Positions 44,678-52,341 of a stretch of 64,000 nucleotides of DNA are shown in pieces; position 1 is the first letter of the stretch; every line of letters starts with the position of its first letter. The position numbers and the translations under genes were made by a program. Source of the stretch: Candidatus Dadabacteria bacterium (GTDB lineage Bacteria > Desulfobacterota_D > UBA1144 > Nemesobacterales > Nemesobacteraceae); contig JAJDTG010000022.1 of the NCBI GenBank assembly GCA_022827275.1, forward strand, positions 129,455 through 193,454, written 5' to 3'. The notes under the pieces are model-generated. The model had not been told where the DNA came from. It searched no databases and was given only the letters and a program-made list of their open reading frames with translations.

Positions 44678-47296
44678 ATGAAAGGATACGAAGTTAGAAG
44701 AGAATTTATCGAGTATTTCTCCGCAAATGGGCACGAACCGGTGCGCAGTTCCACTCTTATACCGGAGAACGATCCGACTCTCCTTTTTACCAACGCCGGG
44801 ATGGTTCAGTTCAAAAATGTTTTCACGGGGAACGAAACTAGGGATTTCAAAAGGGCGGTTTCTTCCCAGAAGTGCCTCAGGGCCGGAGGAAAGCACAACG
44901 ATCTTGACAATGTAGGGTATACAGCGAGACACCACACTTTTTTTGAAATGCTCGGGAATTTTTCCTTTGGCGACTACTTCAAGGAAGGAGCCATCAATTA
45001 CGGATGGGATCTTATGACTAATGTTTACGGGCTGCCTAAGGAAAAACTCTGGGTCACCGTTTATAAAGACGACGACGAAGCTTTTGATATCTGGAATAAA
45101 GATATCGGTGTTGCCAAGAAAAGAATCGTGAGGCTGGGGGAGAAAGACAATTTCTGGTCAATGGGGGATACGGGTCCGTGCGGTCCGTGTTCCGAGATAC
45201 TGATAGATCAGGGAGAATCGCTCGGTTGCGGTAAAGTCGGATGCGCTGTCGGATGCGAGTGCGATCGTTACCTTGAGCTCTGGAACCTGGTGTTCATGCA
45301 GTTTGAGAGAAATGAGAAGGGAGAGATGACGCCTCTTCCCCGTCCCAGCATCGACACGGGGCTTGGACTTGAAAGACTTGCGGCGGTTCTTCAAGGCGCA
45401 AGAAGCAACTATGAGACCGACCTCTTAAGAGGGGTAATAAGCAAGATAGAGGAGCTTTCCGGGAGAGATTATTCCACGGACCGCTCGACCGAGGTTGCGA
45501 TGAGGGTTATAGCGGACCACTCAAGAGCGGTCGCTTTTCTCATCTCGGACGGGGTATTCCCGTCAAACGAGGGTAGGGGATACGTTCTTAGGAGAATACT
45601 CAGAAGAGCCGTCCGCCACTCGAAGTTTTTGGGGATAGACGAACCTTTTATCTACAGAGTCCTGCCCGCGGTTGAGGGGATCATGGCTGATGCATATCCT
45701 GAGATCAGGGAAAAGGGGGATTTCGTATCCCAAGTTGTAAAAAGCGAGGAGGAGAGATTCCTCGAGACGGTGGACAGGGGACTTGAACTTCTTAACCAGG
45801 AAATCGCGAAGCTTGGGAAAAAGAAGAAGCTTCCGGGCAAGGTGGTTTTCAGTCTTTACGATACATACGGGTTCCCGGTTGACCTAACCGAAGACATAAC
45901 TAGAAACGAGGGCATAGATATTGACCTCCAGGGCTTTGAGAAGGAAATGGAGAGACAGAGAACCAAGTCAAGAAAAGCCCGTGGCGGCGGAGAAAACGAC
46001 CTTACATCTGTTTTGCTTGAACTCGCCGGAGAGATGACAACAGAGTTTGTTGGCTACAAGACCCTTTCTTCCGAAGGCTCGGTTACTGGAATAATAAGTC
46101 AGGGAGAGATTTCCGATACAGCTTGGGAGGGTCAAGAAGCCCAGATAATTACCGATATTACTCCTTTTTATGGGGAATCGGGCGGACAGATCGGGGACAG
46201 GGGCGAGATTGCCGGGCCGGGATTTCACGCTAAAGTCCTCGATACGAAAAAGCTCACCCCCACGTTTTTCATCCACAATGTCATTGTCGAGAAGGGGAAT
46301 GCGCAGGTCGGTGATCAGGTACACCTGGATGTTGACCCCGTGTTCAGACAGGGGGTCATGGCTCACCATACCTCAACACATGTGCTTCACGCCGTTTTAA
46401 AGGAAGTTCTCGGCACTCACGTTAACCAGGCGGGATCATTCGTCGGGCCCGACAGGCTCAGGTTTGACTTCAGCCATTATTCCTCGATTGAAAAACAGCA
46501 ACTTGATTCAATAGAACAGATCATTAACGAGAGAGTAAGGCGTGACGATGAGGTTGTGACAAAGGAAGATGTTTCGTACGACGAAGCCATAAAGGACGGG
46601 GCCACCGCTATATTCGAAGAGAAATACGGCGACAGGGTGAGAGTGGTGATGATAGGGGACTACAGCAAGGAACTTTGCGGAGGTACCCATATCAGGGCCT
46701 CGGGTGAGATAGGAATGGTGAAAATAGTGTCTGAGAGCGCGTCTTCTGCGGGAGTAAGAAGGATAGAGGCCGTAAGCGGTCAGGCGGCATGGAATTACAT
46801 GAAAGGGCAGGAAGATATCCTGAACGAATTTTCCACCACCCTTAACGCTCCCCGTTCCGAACTTCTTTCTAGACTTGCCGGAGTGATTGATGAAAATGCC
46901 CGCCTCCAGGCGGAAATCGAATCTTCCAGGGCGAGGACTCTTGTGGAAACGGCCGCCGGGCTGATTGACAAAGTTGAGGATGTGGGAGGAGTCAATCTCC
47001 TTCGGGTCAAAGTTTCTGTTTCGAAACCTGCGGAACTGCGTTCTCTTTGGGATTATTTGAAGGGGAAAATGAATAACGCCATCGCCGTGCTTGTCGCTGA
47101 GAACGGAGGCCGGGTTTTTATTCTTGTGGGTATTACCAAGGATCTTGTCGGCAGTTATCACGCTGGAAAAATCGTAAAGGAGCTTGCCGGAATTGTAGGT
47201 GGAAAAGGGGGCGGGGGTGCCGAGATGGCGCAGGCGGGCGGAAACATGCCCGGCAACATACCGAATATGCTGAATTATCTGGGAGAGATTATATGA
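44678..47296 (+). CDS. alaS: Alanine--tRNA ligase
   Basis: 872 aa. FTNAGMVQFK, RAGGKHNDLDNVG, FFEMLGNFSFGDYFK, the editing-domain HTSTHVLH motif and a C-terminal DHHA1-like GGKGGGG. Confidence 0.97.
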   Translation: MKGYEVRREFIEYFSANGHEPVRSSTLIPENDPTLLFTNAGMVQFKNVFTGNETRDFKRAVSSQKCLRAGGKHNDLDNVGYTARHHTFFEMLGNFSFGDYFKEGAINYGWDLMTNVYGLPKEKLWVTVYKDDDEAFDIWNKDIGVAKKRIVRLGEKDNFWSMGDTGPCGPCSEILIDQGESLGCGKVGCAVGCECDRYLELWNLVFMQFERNEKGEMTPLPRPSIDTGLGLERLAAVLQGARSNYETDLLRGVISKIEELSGRDYSTDRSTEVAMRVIADHSRAVAFLISDGVFPSNEGRGYVLRRILRRAVRHSKFLGIDEPFIYRVLPAVEGIMADAYPEIREKGDFVSQVVKSEEERFLETVDRGLELLNQEIAKLGKKKKLPGKVVFSLYDTYGFPVDLTEDITRNEGIDIDLQGFEKEMERQRTKSRKARGGGENDLTSVLLELAGEMTTEFVGYKTLSSEGSVTGIISQGEISDTAWEGQEAQIITDITPFYGESGGQIGDRGEIAGPGFHAKVLDTKKLTPTFFIHNVIVEKGNAQVGDQVHLDVDPVFRQGVMAHHTSTHVLHAVLKEVLGTHVNQAGSFVGPDRLRFDFSHYSSIEKQQLDSIEQIINERVRRDDEVVTKEDVSYDEAIKDGATAIFEEKYGDRVRVVMIGDYSKELCGGTHIRASGEIGMVKIVSESASSAGVRRIEAVSGQAAWNYMKGQEDILNEFSTTLNAPRSELLSRLAGVIDENARLQAEIESSRARTLVETAAGLIDKVEDVGGVNLLRVKVSVSKPAELRSLWDYLKGKMNNAIAVLVAENGGRVFILVGITKDLVGSYHAGKIVKELAGIVGGKGGGGAEMAQAGGNMPGNIPNMLNYLGEII

Positions 47297-48153
47297 AAAA
47301 GATTGTCAATTTCTTTTTAGGTACTGTGCCGACAGGAAACAATAGAATAGAATTTCTGGCAGGCAGTTTGGCAGTTTTTCTGCTTGTTTTCCTGATAAGT
47401 CCAAATGCCGGTTTTTCAGGCGTTGTACCGGATGATCTAACGCAGAGCGAAACCGAGGACCATTCTACGCAGAGCGAGACCGGACTTGTGCGTTTTAACA
47501 ATTACGCGGGCGTCTTTGCCGGTCCTGGTTTTATGAGAAACCGGATATTAGATGTTGACGGTTTTGCTAACTGGGGTAATCCCGGTTCGGTTTCCAAATA
47601 TGACGATACGGGCTTTGTCGGCGGCGTTCTTGTAGGAAGAAAACTTGATGTTGGTGGCTTGACCCTGAGAATGGAGCTTGACGGTACGTTGACCAACGTG
47701 TCGGCATCGACCGACAAGCTTGATCCTGAAGGTTTGGACGAAACTGCCGAATCGGAATTTTCGTGGATCGTTTCTGCCCGCGGAGGAGTTGAACAAGGAA
47801 TCGGCTGTGTAACGGTGTTTGTCACGGGAGGGCTGGCTCTTGCCGGCATCAGCAACTCGGTGACCGATATTGATTCCGGTGATTCGGGTTCCATGGTTGA
47901 CCCCGACGATTCTTTCAGCAAAGATTCAACGGAAGTGGGTTGGGTGATCGGAGCTGGTGCGGAAGCCGCGTTGTCCGATGCCTGGGCTTTGAGGCTTGAG
48001 GGCTTATATCTGGATTTCGGAGAGAGCACTCATCTTGTTAATCGTTCCGCAAATAACCGCTGCTGCGGGCCCGAAACTCCCAGAAGGGCCGCATCCTACG
48101 AGGTTGAAAACAGACTTTCCACCGCCCGCCTGGCAATAATTCGCCGGTTCTGA
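47293..48153 (+). CDS. Outer-membrane beta-barrel protein (OMP_b-brl-like)
   Basis: 286 aa. Start overlaps the alaS stop (ATGA). N-terminal hydrophobic segment, alternating beta-strand pattern, C-terminal ...ARLAIIRRF aromatic terminus. Confidence 0.65.
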   Translation: MKKIVNFFLGTVPTGNNRIEFLAGSLAVFLLVFLISPNAGFSGVVPDDLTQSETEDHSTQSETGLVRFNNYAGVFAGPGFMRNRILDVDGFANWGNPGSVSKYDDTGFVGGVLVGRKLDVGGLTLRMELDGTLTNVSASTDKLDPEGLDETAESEFSWIVSARGGVEQGIGCVTVFVTGGLALAGISNSVTDIDSGDSGSMVDPDDSFSKDSTEVGWVIGAGAEAALSDAWALRLEGLYLDFGESTHLVNRSANNRCCGPETPRRAASYEVENRLSTARLAIIRRF

Positions 48154-48190
48154 TTTCAATAAATCCATCGGACTATCTTGTGAATTCCAA

Positions 48191-48466
48191 GGGGCCTTTG
48201 AAGAATTGCTCTTTGCGATGCTCAGGCTATCCAGGCAAATAGTAGGGTTCATTCCTACTCAGAAAATTCATAGAGGGGGGATGAATAGTGGGTATTTAAA
48301 GGCCCCGGAAAAGGTGATTGCGAGAGGAGACAATCAGATTTTTTGCTGAAGCGGAATCGAGGGTCCCCTATGAATTCACGGCGACTGGCCCTATGTCTTC
48401 ATTTCTACGTGAAGTCACCGCCATGTCCCAGAAACCACAAGGGACCTCGATCCGCTAGATTTTTTC
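48191..48466 (+). other. Highly structured convergent intergenic segment (two long-range helices with nested hairpins, then T6): candidate ncRNA or complex terminator
   Basis: Helix 1 pairs 48191-48199 with 48298-48306 (9 bp) and encloses hairpins at 48241-48259 and 48266-48286. Helix 2 pairs 48351-48367 with 48441-48455 (15 bp, two 1-nt bulges). TTTTTT at 48460-48465. Confidence 0.3.
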
Positions 48467-48490
48467 CGTCTCGCTTGGAGAAAACGGAAA

Positions 48491-49423
48491 TCAAAACGCA
48501 TATTTCATTACCAGACTGACCCCAAATGCACTTAAGTCCTCAGTTTCAATCGTGTACTCAACCGTATTTGTTCCCGGGCCGTTGTTTGGTTCATGACCCC
48601 GCAACTGGTCCCACACATCTCCGCCGCTGAATTTGGCGTACTTAACCCAGCGACCCTTGACTCCGATGGAGGCGCTTTCGGTCAGCATGTAGTCTACTCC
48701 TACAATCGCCTGGTAACCGAACACTGTATCTTCGAGAGTATGGCTTGCCGTGCTCGTGACGCCGGCGATTCTTTGATGCAGAGCTTGGCGATCCTGTTCT
48801 TCGTTGCCGGAACCTAGATATTCCGCATCATCCGCCGTCGTAATTACATCCGGGTTTATGTTACGAGCCCAGACAGCGTCAAATTCCAATTCGGCCATTC
48901 CGAAACCTACTCCACCTCCGACGTAAGGACGGAGTTGCCCGGAGACCGGGAGGTCATAGTAAACGTTGACAAACAGACTGTTTATATTTACCGCTCCTAT
49001 GCGCTCATCGGAACGGACAAGCTCCTGATCTGCTTTATCCGCAATATCCTGACCTCCTCCAACAACCGAGGATGTCGTATCGTATTGCGAGCCGAAATAA
49101 AAATACTCGGCTTCAATCCTCGCGCCCAAGTCTGTGCTGACGCCCAAAGCGACTCCAGCGATTACTCCCGTTGAACCGTCAAAGCTGTTATTCCAGACTG
49201 ATGTCTCGTAAGAACATACGCCAGGGTCGAAATGACTGTCGCCTTCTGGGTTTAAGTGTTGATCGCACAGCGTGCCGAAATCATTATCACTGGCGTCGGT
49301 ATCCAGAGAATTCCCGATGCCGAGTCCCAATTCAGTACTTATATACAACTGCTGGGCATTTGATGAAAAAGGAATCAGTATGAGGAGAAGTAAAAAAGAG
49401 GTAAAGGTTATGAATCTGCTCAT
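48491..49423 (-). CDS. Outer-membrane beta-barrel protein
   Basis: ATG at 49423 (MSRFITFTSFLLLLILIPFSSNAQQ, signal peptide) is preceded by an AGGAG SD. Alternating strand pattern and terminal ...LVMKYAF. The track start at 49486 is upstream in-frame. Confidence 0.7.
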   Translation of the reverse strand: MSRFITFTSFLLLLILIPFSSNAQQLYISTELGLGIGNSLDTDASDNDFGTLCDQHLNPEGDSHFDPGVCSYETSVWNNSFDGSTGVIAGVALGVSTDLGARIEAEYFYFGSQYDTTSSVVGGGQDIADKADQELVRSDERIGAVNINSLFVNVYYDLPVSGQLRPYVGGGVGFGMAELEFDAVWARNINPDVITTADDAEYLGSGNEEQDRQALHQRIAGVTSTASHTLEDTVFGYQAIVGVDYMLTESASIGVKGRWVKYAKFSGGDVWDQLRGHEPNNGPGTNTVEYTIETEDLSAFGVSLVMKYAF

Positions 49424-49616
49424 TTCATACCTCCTATTAGATTTGCTATGTAGGAATAAAAACCCGCACACCCTACTATAGAACATATTATAATTCGGGT
49501 CCTAATTCAATTAAAATTTGCAACTGTGATTGAAAAATGGAAGATTTATAAATAGTTAGAAATTTCAGGGAGTTATAAGTAAAAATCCTCTCGAACCTGT
49601 GCTTACCCCAGAAATT

Positions 49617-50510
49617 CTATACGTGAAAATGTTCTTTTTGGAATTCCTGCTTGATTTTCTTAAGAGCGTTTTTTTCTATCTGTCTTACACGTTCTCTTGA
49701 GATGCCGAATTTACGGGAAAGCTTTTCAAGAGTTTCGGGAGAATCGGTGAGAACCCGTCTTTCGATAATGTATCTTTCCCTGTCCTTTAGGTTCGCCAGG
49801 GTTTCTTTTATCTTCTTGGCCACAAGCGGGCGGATCTGGGAATCTTCGAGGAACTGCTCCTGATCAAACGTGTCTCCCAGCATGTCAACGTAGGTCCGTT
49901 CCGTGCTGCCTTCTATGTTTGCGTCAAGAGACAGGTCTTTTCCCGACATTATCCGATCCATCTCGATCACCTGGCTGTCCGGCACGTCAAGTTCCTTGGC
50001 TATCTCGGAGTAAATATCCTCCCCCATCTCGGCCCCTGTAGCTTCAATCTTGCTTTTCGTTGACCTCAGTTTGTAGAAGAGCTTTCTTTGCGACTGGTTC
50101 GTCCCGACTTTTACCAGGCTCCAGCTCTTCATTATGTGGTTCTGCATGTATGCTCTTATCCACCAGACTGCGTATGAGATGAGTCTGTATCCCTTGGTAG
50201 GATCAAAGCCTCTTACGGCCTTCATGAGCCCTATGTTGCCTTCCTGGATAAGATCTAGGGTGTTTATGTTGTAGTTCTTATATTCGTTTGCAATACGCAC
50301 GACGAACTTCAGGTTTGATACGATCAGTTTTCTGGCGGCCTCAAGATCACCCGTTTCCCTGTGCATCATTGCGAGTTCATATTCTTCTTCCCTGCTCAAA
50401 ACAGGGTAGTCTCTGATCTGTGCCAGATAGCTTTGCAGGGAGTTTGAAAGTACTGGAAGAGATGAACTCACTTTCTCCGGCTTTTTTTCTTCTTTTTCGG
50501 CCATTTTCAC
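49617..50510 (-). CDS. rpoH: RNA polymerase sigma-32 (heat-shock sigma factor)
   Basis: 297 aa sigma-70 family protein with an RpoH-box-like QRKLFYKLRSTK. Region 2 is LIQEGNIGLMKAVRGFDP; region 4 is ISRERVRQIEKNALKK. Confidence 0.9.
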   Translation of the reverse strand: MKMAEKEEKKPEKVSSSLPVLSNSLQSYLAQIRDYPVLSREEEYELAMMHRETGDLEAARKLIVSNLKFVVRIANEYKNYNINTLDLIQEGNIGLMKAVRGFDPTKGYRLISYAVWWIRAYMQNHIMKSWSLVKVGTNQSQRKLFYKLRSTKSKIEATGAEMGEDIYSEIAKELDVPDSQVIEMDRIMSGKDLSLDANIEGSTERTYVDMLGDTFDQEQFLEDSQIRPLVAKKIKETLANLKDRERYIIERRVLTDSPETLEKLSRKFGISRERVRQIEKNALKKIKQEFQKEHFHV

Positions 50511-50525
50511 TCGGTATTAGATTTG

Positions 50526-50553
50526 TTGACTGTTTTTCTTATCTATATAAAAT
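50526..50553 (+). promoter_or_regulatory. Candidate promoter of tRNA-Asn (TTGACT-16 nt-TAAAAT)
   Basis: TTGACT at 50526-50531, 16-nt spacer, TAAAAT at 50548-50553, ~35 nt upstream of the tRNA 5' end. Pattern only. Confidence 0.4.
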
Positions 50554-50588
50554 TAACTATTCTTTGGCTTTTTTCTATTTTCAACAGT

Positions 50589-50664
50589 TCCGGCGTAGCT
50601 CAGTTGGCAGAGCAGATGACTGTTAATCATCGGGTCGCAGGTTCGAGCCCTGCCGCCGGAGCCA
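50589..50664 (+). tRNA. tRNA-Asn (anticodon GTT), CCA encoded
   Basis: Hand-folded cloverleaf. Acceptor TCCGGCG/CGCCGGA, D arm GCTC-AGTTGGCA-GAGC, anticodon arm GATGA-CTGTTAA-TCATC, variable GGGTC, T arm GCAGG-TTCGAGC-CCTGC, discriminator G, CCA. Confidence 0.95.
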
Positions 50665-50675
50665 AATTTTTGTTC

Positions 50676-51845
50676 CTAAAAATCTGTTTCATGCAGCTTA
50701 TGCCAGGGAACGATATTTCCGTCCGCACGTTTCTGAAATTGATCACCGCCATAGACTATGATGGCGTTACACGGACTGGGTAATTCGGTTAAATGCCGAC
50801 GGACGCGCCGTATCCCGCTGAACAGACTGGACGATGCCGTCGCGGTGGATTTTGCATCGACAAGAGTAATGCGGGAGGGAGACTCAATGATAAGATCTCC
50901 TTCCGCTCCGTTGCGGTCGCGGTAAAATGACAGACCTCCCGTTTCACCCCTGTTGCTTCGATGTTTTTTTATCTCGGAGATTGCCCAGGTTTCGAAGATT
51001 GGCCCGCGGAGTGGATGTGAGTGCAGTTGCTCGGGCGTACGGATGCCCAGAAGCCAGCAGACAAGCCCGGTGTCGTAGAAATGCAGTTTCGGCATTTTCA
51101 CAAGCCTCTTGCGCAGATTCGAGTGAAACGGCGGAAGGCGGAAAATGATAAAACTCGTCTCAAGTATGTTAAGCCAGGCTTTCGCGCTCGGTTGTGATAT
51201 GCCGCAGTCATCAGCCAACGACGAATAGTTAAGCAGTTGCGCCGTACGGCCGGCACATAGTTGGATAAACCGTTGGAATGTCGCAATATCGGCCACATTG
51301 CTGATTGTCCGCACGTCACGTTCTATGTAAGTGGTAACATACGAGCGGAACCAGTCTGCCGGGTCAAGATCAAGATCAAATATGCGCGGGTATCCACCGG
51401 CAAAAAGGGTTTCTCCGAGATTCCCGGGATATTTGTCAAACCGCTTAATTTCCTCATGTACTAGAGGAAACAGGTTGTATACCGCTGTCCTCCCCGCTAA
51501 CGACTGACTGACCGACTTGAGTAAAGAAAAGTTCTGTGAACCCGTTAGTATCCAACGCCCGGGGGCCGGATCCTCGTCGATTATACCTTGCAGATAGGAA
51601 AGAAGATCAGGCGCGCGCTGTACCTCATCGATAATGCAGCCTTTTGGAAATTGAGCCAGAAAAGCCCGAGGGTCTTCCGTCGCGAAAGCTCGTACATCCA
51701 GAGCTTCGAGGCTTGAGTACGGGTGACGCGGAAACAGGGACTTGCACAGGGTTGTCTTACCGCTTTGCCGAGGTCCCGTAAGCGTTATGGAGGGAAACTT
51801 CCGTGCCGCTTCAATGAGTTTTGGTGCCAGATTGCGATCAATCAT
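50676..51845 (-). CDS. AAA-type ATPase with DUF4143-like C-terminal domain
   Basis: 389 aa. ITLTGPRQSGKTTL Walker A, IIDEVQ Walker B, and a C-terminal region resembling the widespread AAA_14/DUF4143 ATP-binding protein family. Confidence 0.75.
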   Translation of the reverse strand: MIDRNLAPKLIEAARKFPSITLTGPRQSGKTTLCKSLFPRHPYSSLEALDVRAFATEDPRAFLAQFPKGCIIDEVQRAPDLLSYLQGIIDEDPAPGRWILTGSQNFSLLKSVSQSLAGRTAVYNLFPLVHEEIKRFDKYPGNLGETLFAGGYPRIFDLDLDPADWFRSYVTTYIERDVRTISNVADIATFQRFIQLCAGRTAQLLNYSSLADDCGISQPSAKAWLNILETSFIIFRLPPFHSNLRKRLVKMPKLHFYDTGLVCWLLGIRTPEQLHSHPLRGPIFETWAISEIKKHRSNRGETGGLSFYRDRNGAEGDLIIESPSRITLVDAKSTATASSSLFSGIRRVRRHLTELPSPCNAIIVYGGDQFQKRADGNIVPWHKLHETDF

Positions 51846-51871
51846 AATAAGCCGCAGTCTAACGGATAAAT

Positions 51872-51906
51872 TAGGCTATTTCAAATTATTTCTTTGAAAT
51901 AGCCTA
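51872..51906 (-). terminator. Perfect 14-bp-stem hairpin between the two genes of the tRNA-adjacent islet (terminator or operator)
   Basis: TAGGCTATTTCAAA (51872-51885), loop TTATTTC, TTTGAAATAGCCTA (51893-51906). On the minus strand it is followed by AATTTATCC. Confidence 0.45.
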
Positions 51907-51926
51907 GAATCTGTTTCGGGAGTTCC

Positions 51927-52274
51927 CTAGATCAGGTAGTAAATCAGCATGAAGAGGTACCGCATGTTCGGGCTTGAGTTGTGAGTCTCGAGCCTTGCCG
52001 AGAGGTCCCCTATGCCACCGAAGAATGAGTCGTTATAGACTTCCGCCACTCTTTTGAACTCATCGAACTTGATAAGCGGTGGTTCGCGAACGGCAAGCGG
52101 CCTCACGTTTTTCTCTGCGGAAGTTATCCTGATTCCGTCACCTTCTGTAGTGGCCAGAAACCATCGCTGGGAGTCTTCGAGCATGAGCTCTATGCCGCCT
52201 TCGGTTTTCTGTCTAAGAAGTTCCCACTCCTGCTCCTTGGATTCGCTGAAAGGTATTTTTCTGTCTGCAAGCAT
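51927..52274 (-). CDS. Hypothetical protein (115 aa)
   Basis: ORF only; no motif recognised. Lies upstream of the DUF4143 ATPase on the same strand. Confidence 0.45.
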   Translation of the reverse strand: MLADRKIPFSESKEQEWELLRQKTEGGIELMLEDSQRWFLATTEGDGIRITSAEKNVRPLAVREPPLIKFDEFKRVAEVYNDSFFGGIGDLSARLETHNSSPNMRYLFMLIYYLI

Positions 52275-52341
52275 TTTTTCTCTCCGGAAAATTGTTTTTA
52301 AGGTTTTATTCTACACCATGGCGGAAAAATACATAACCCGG

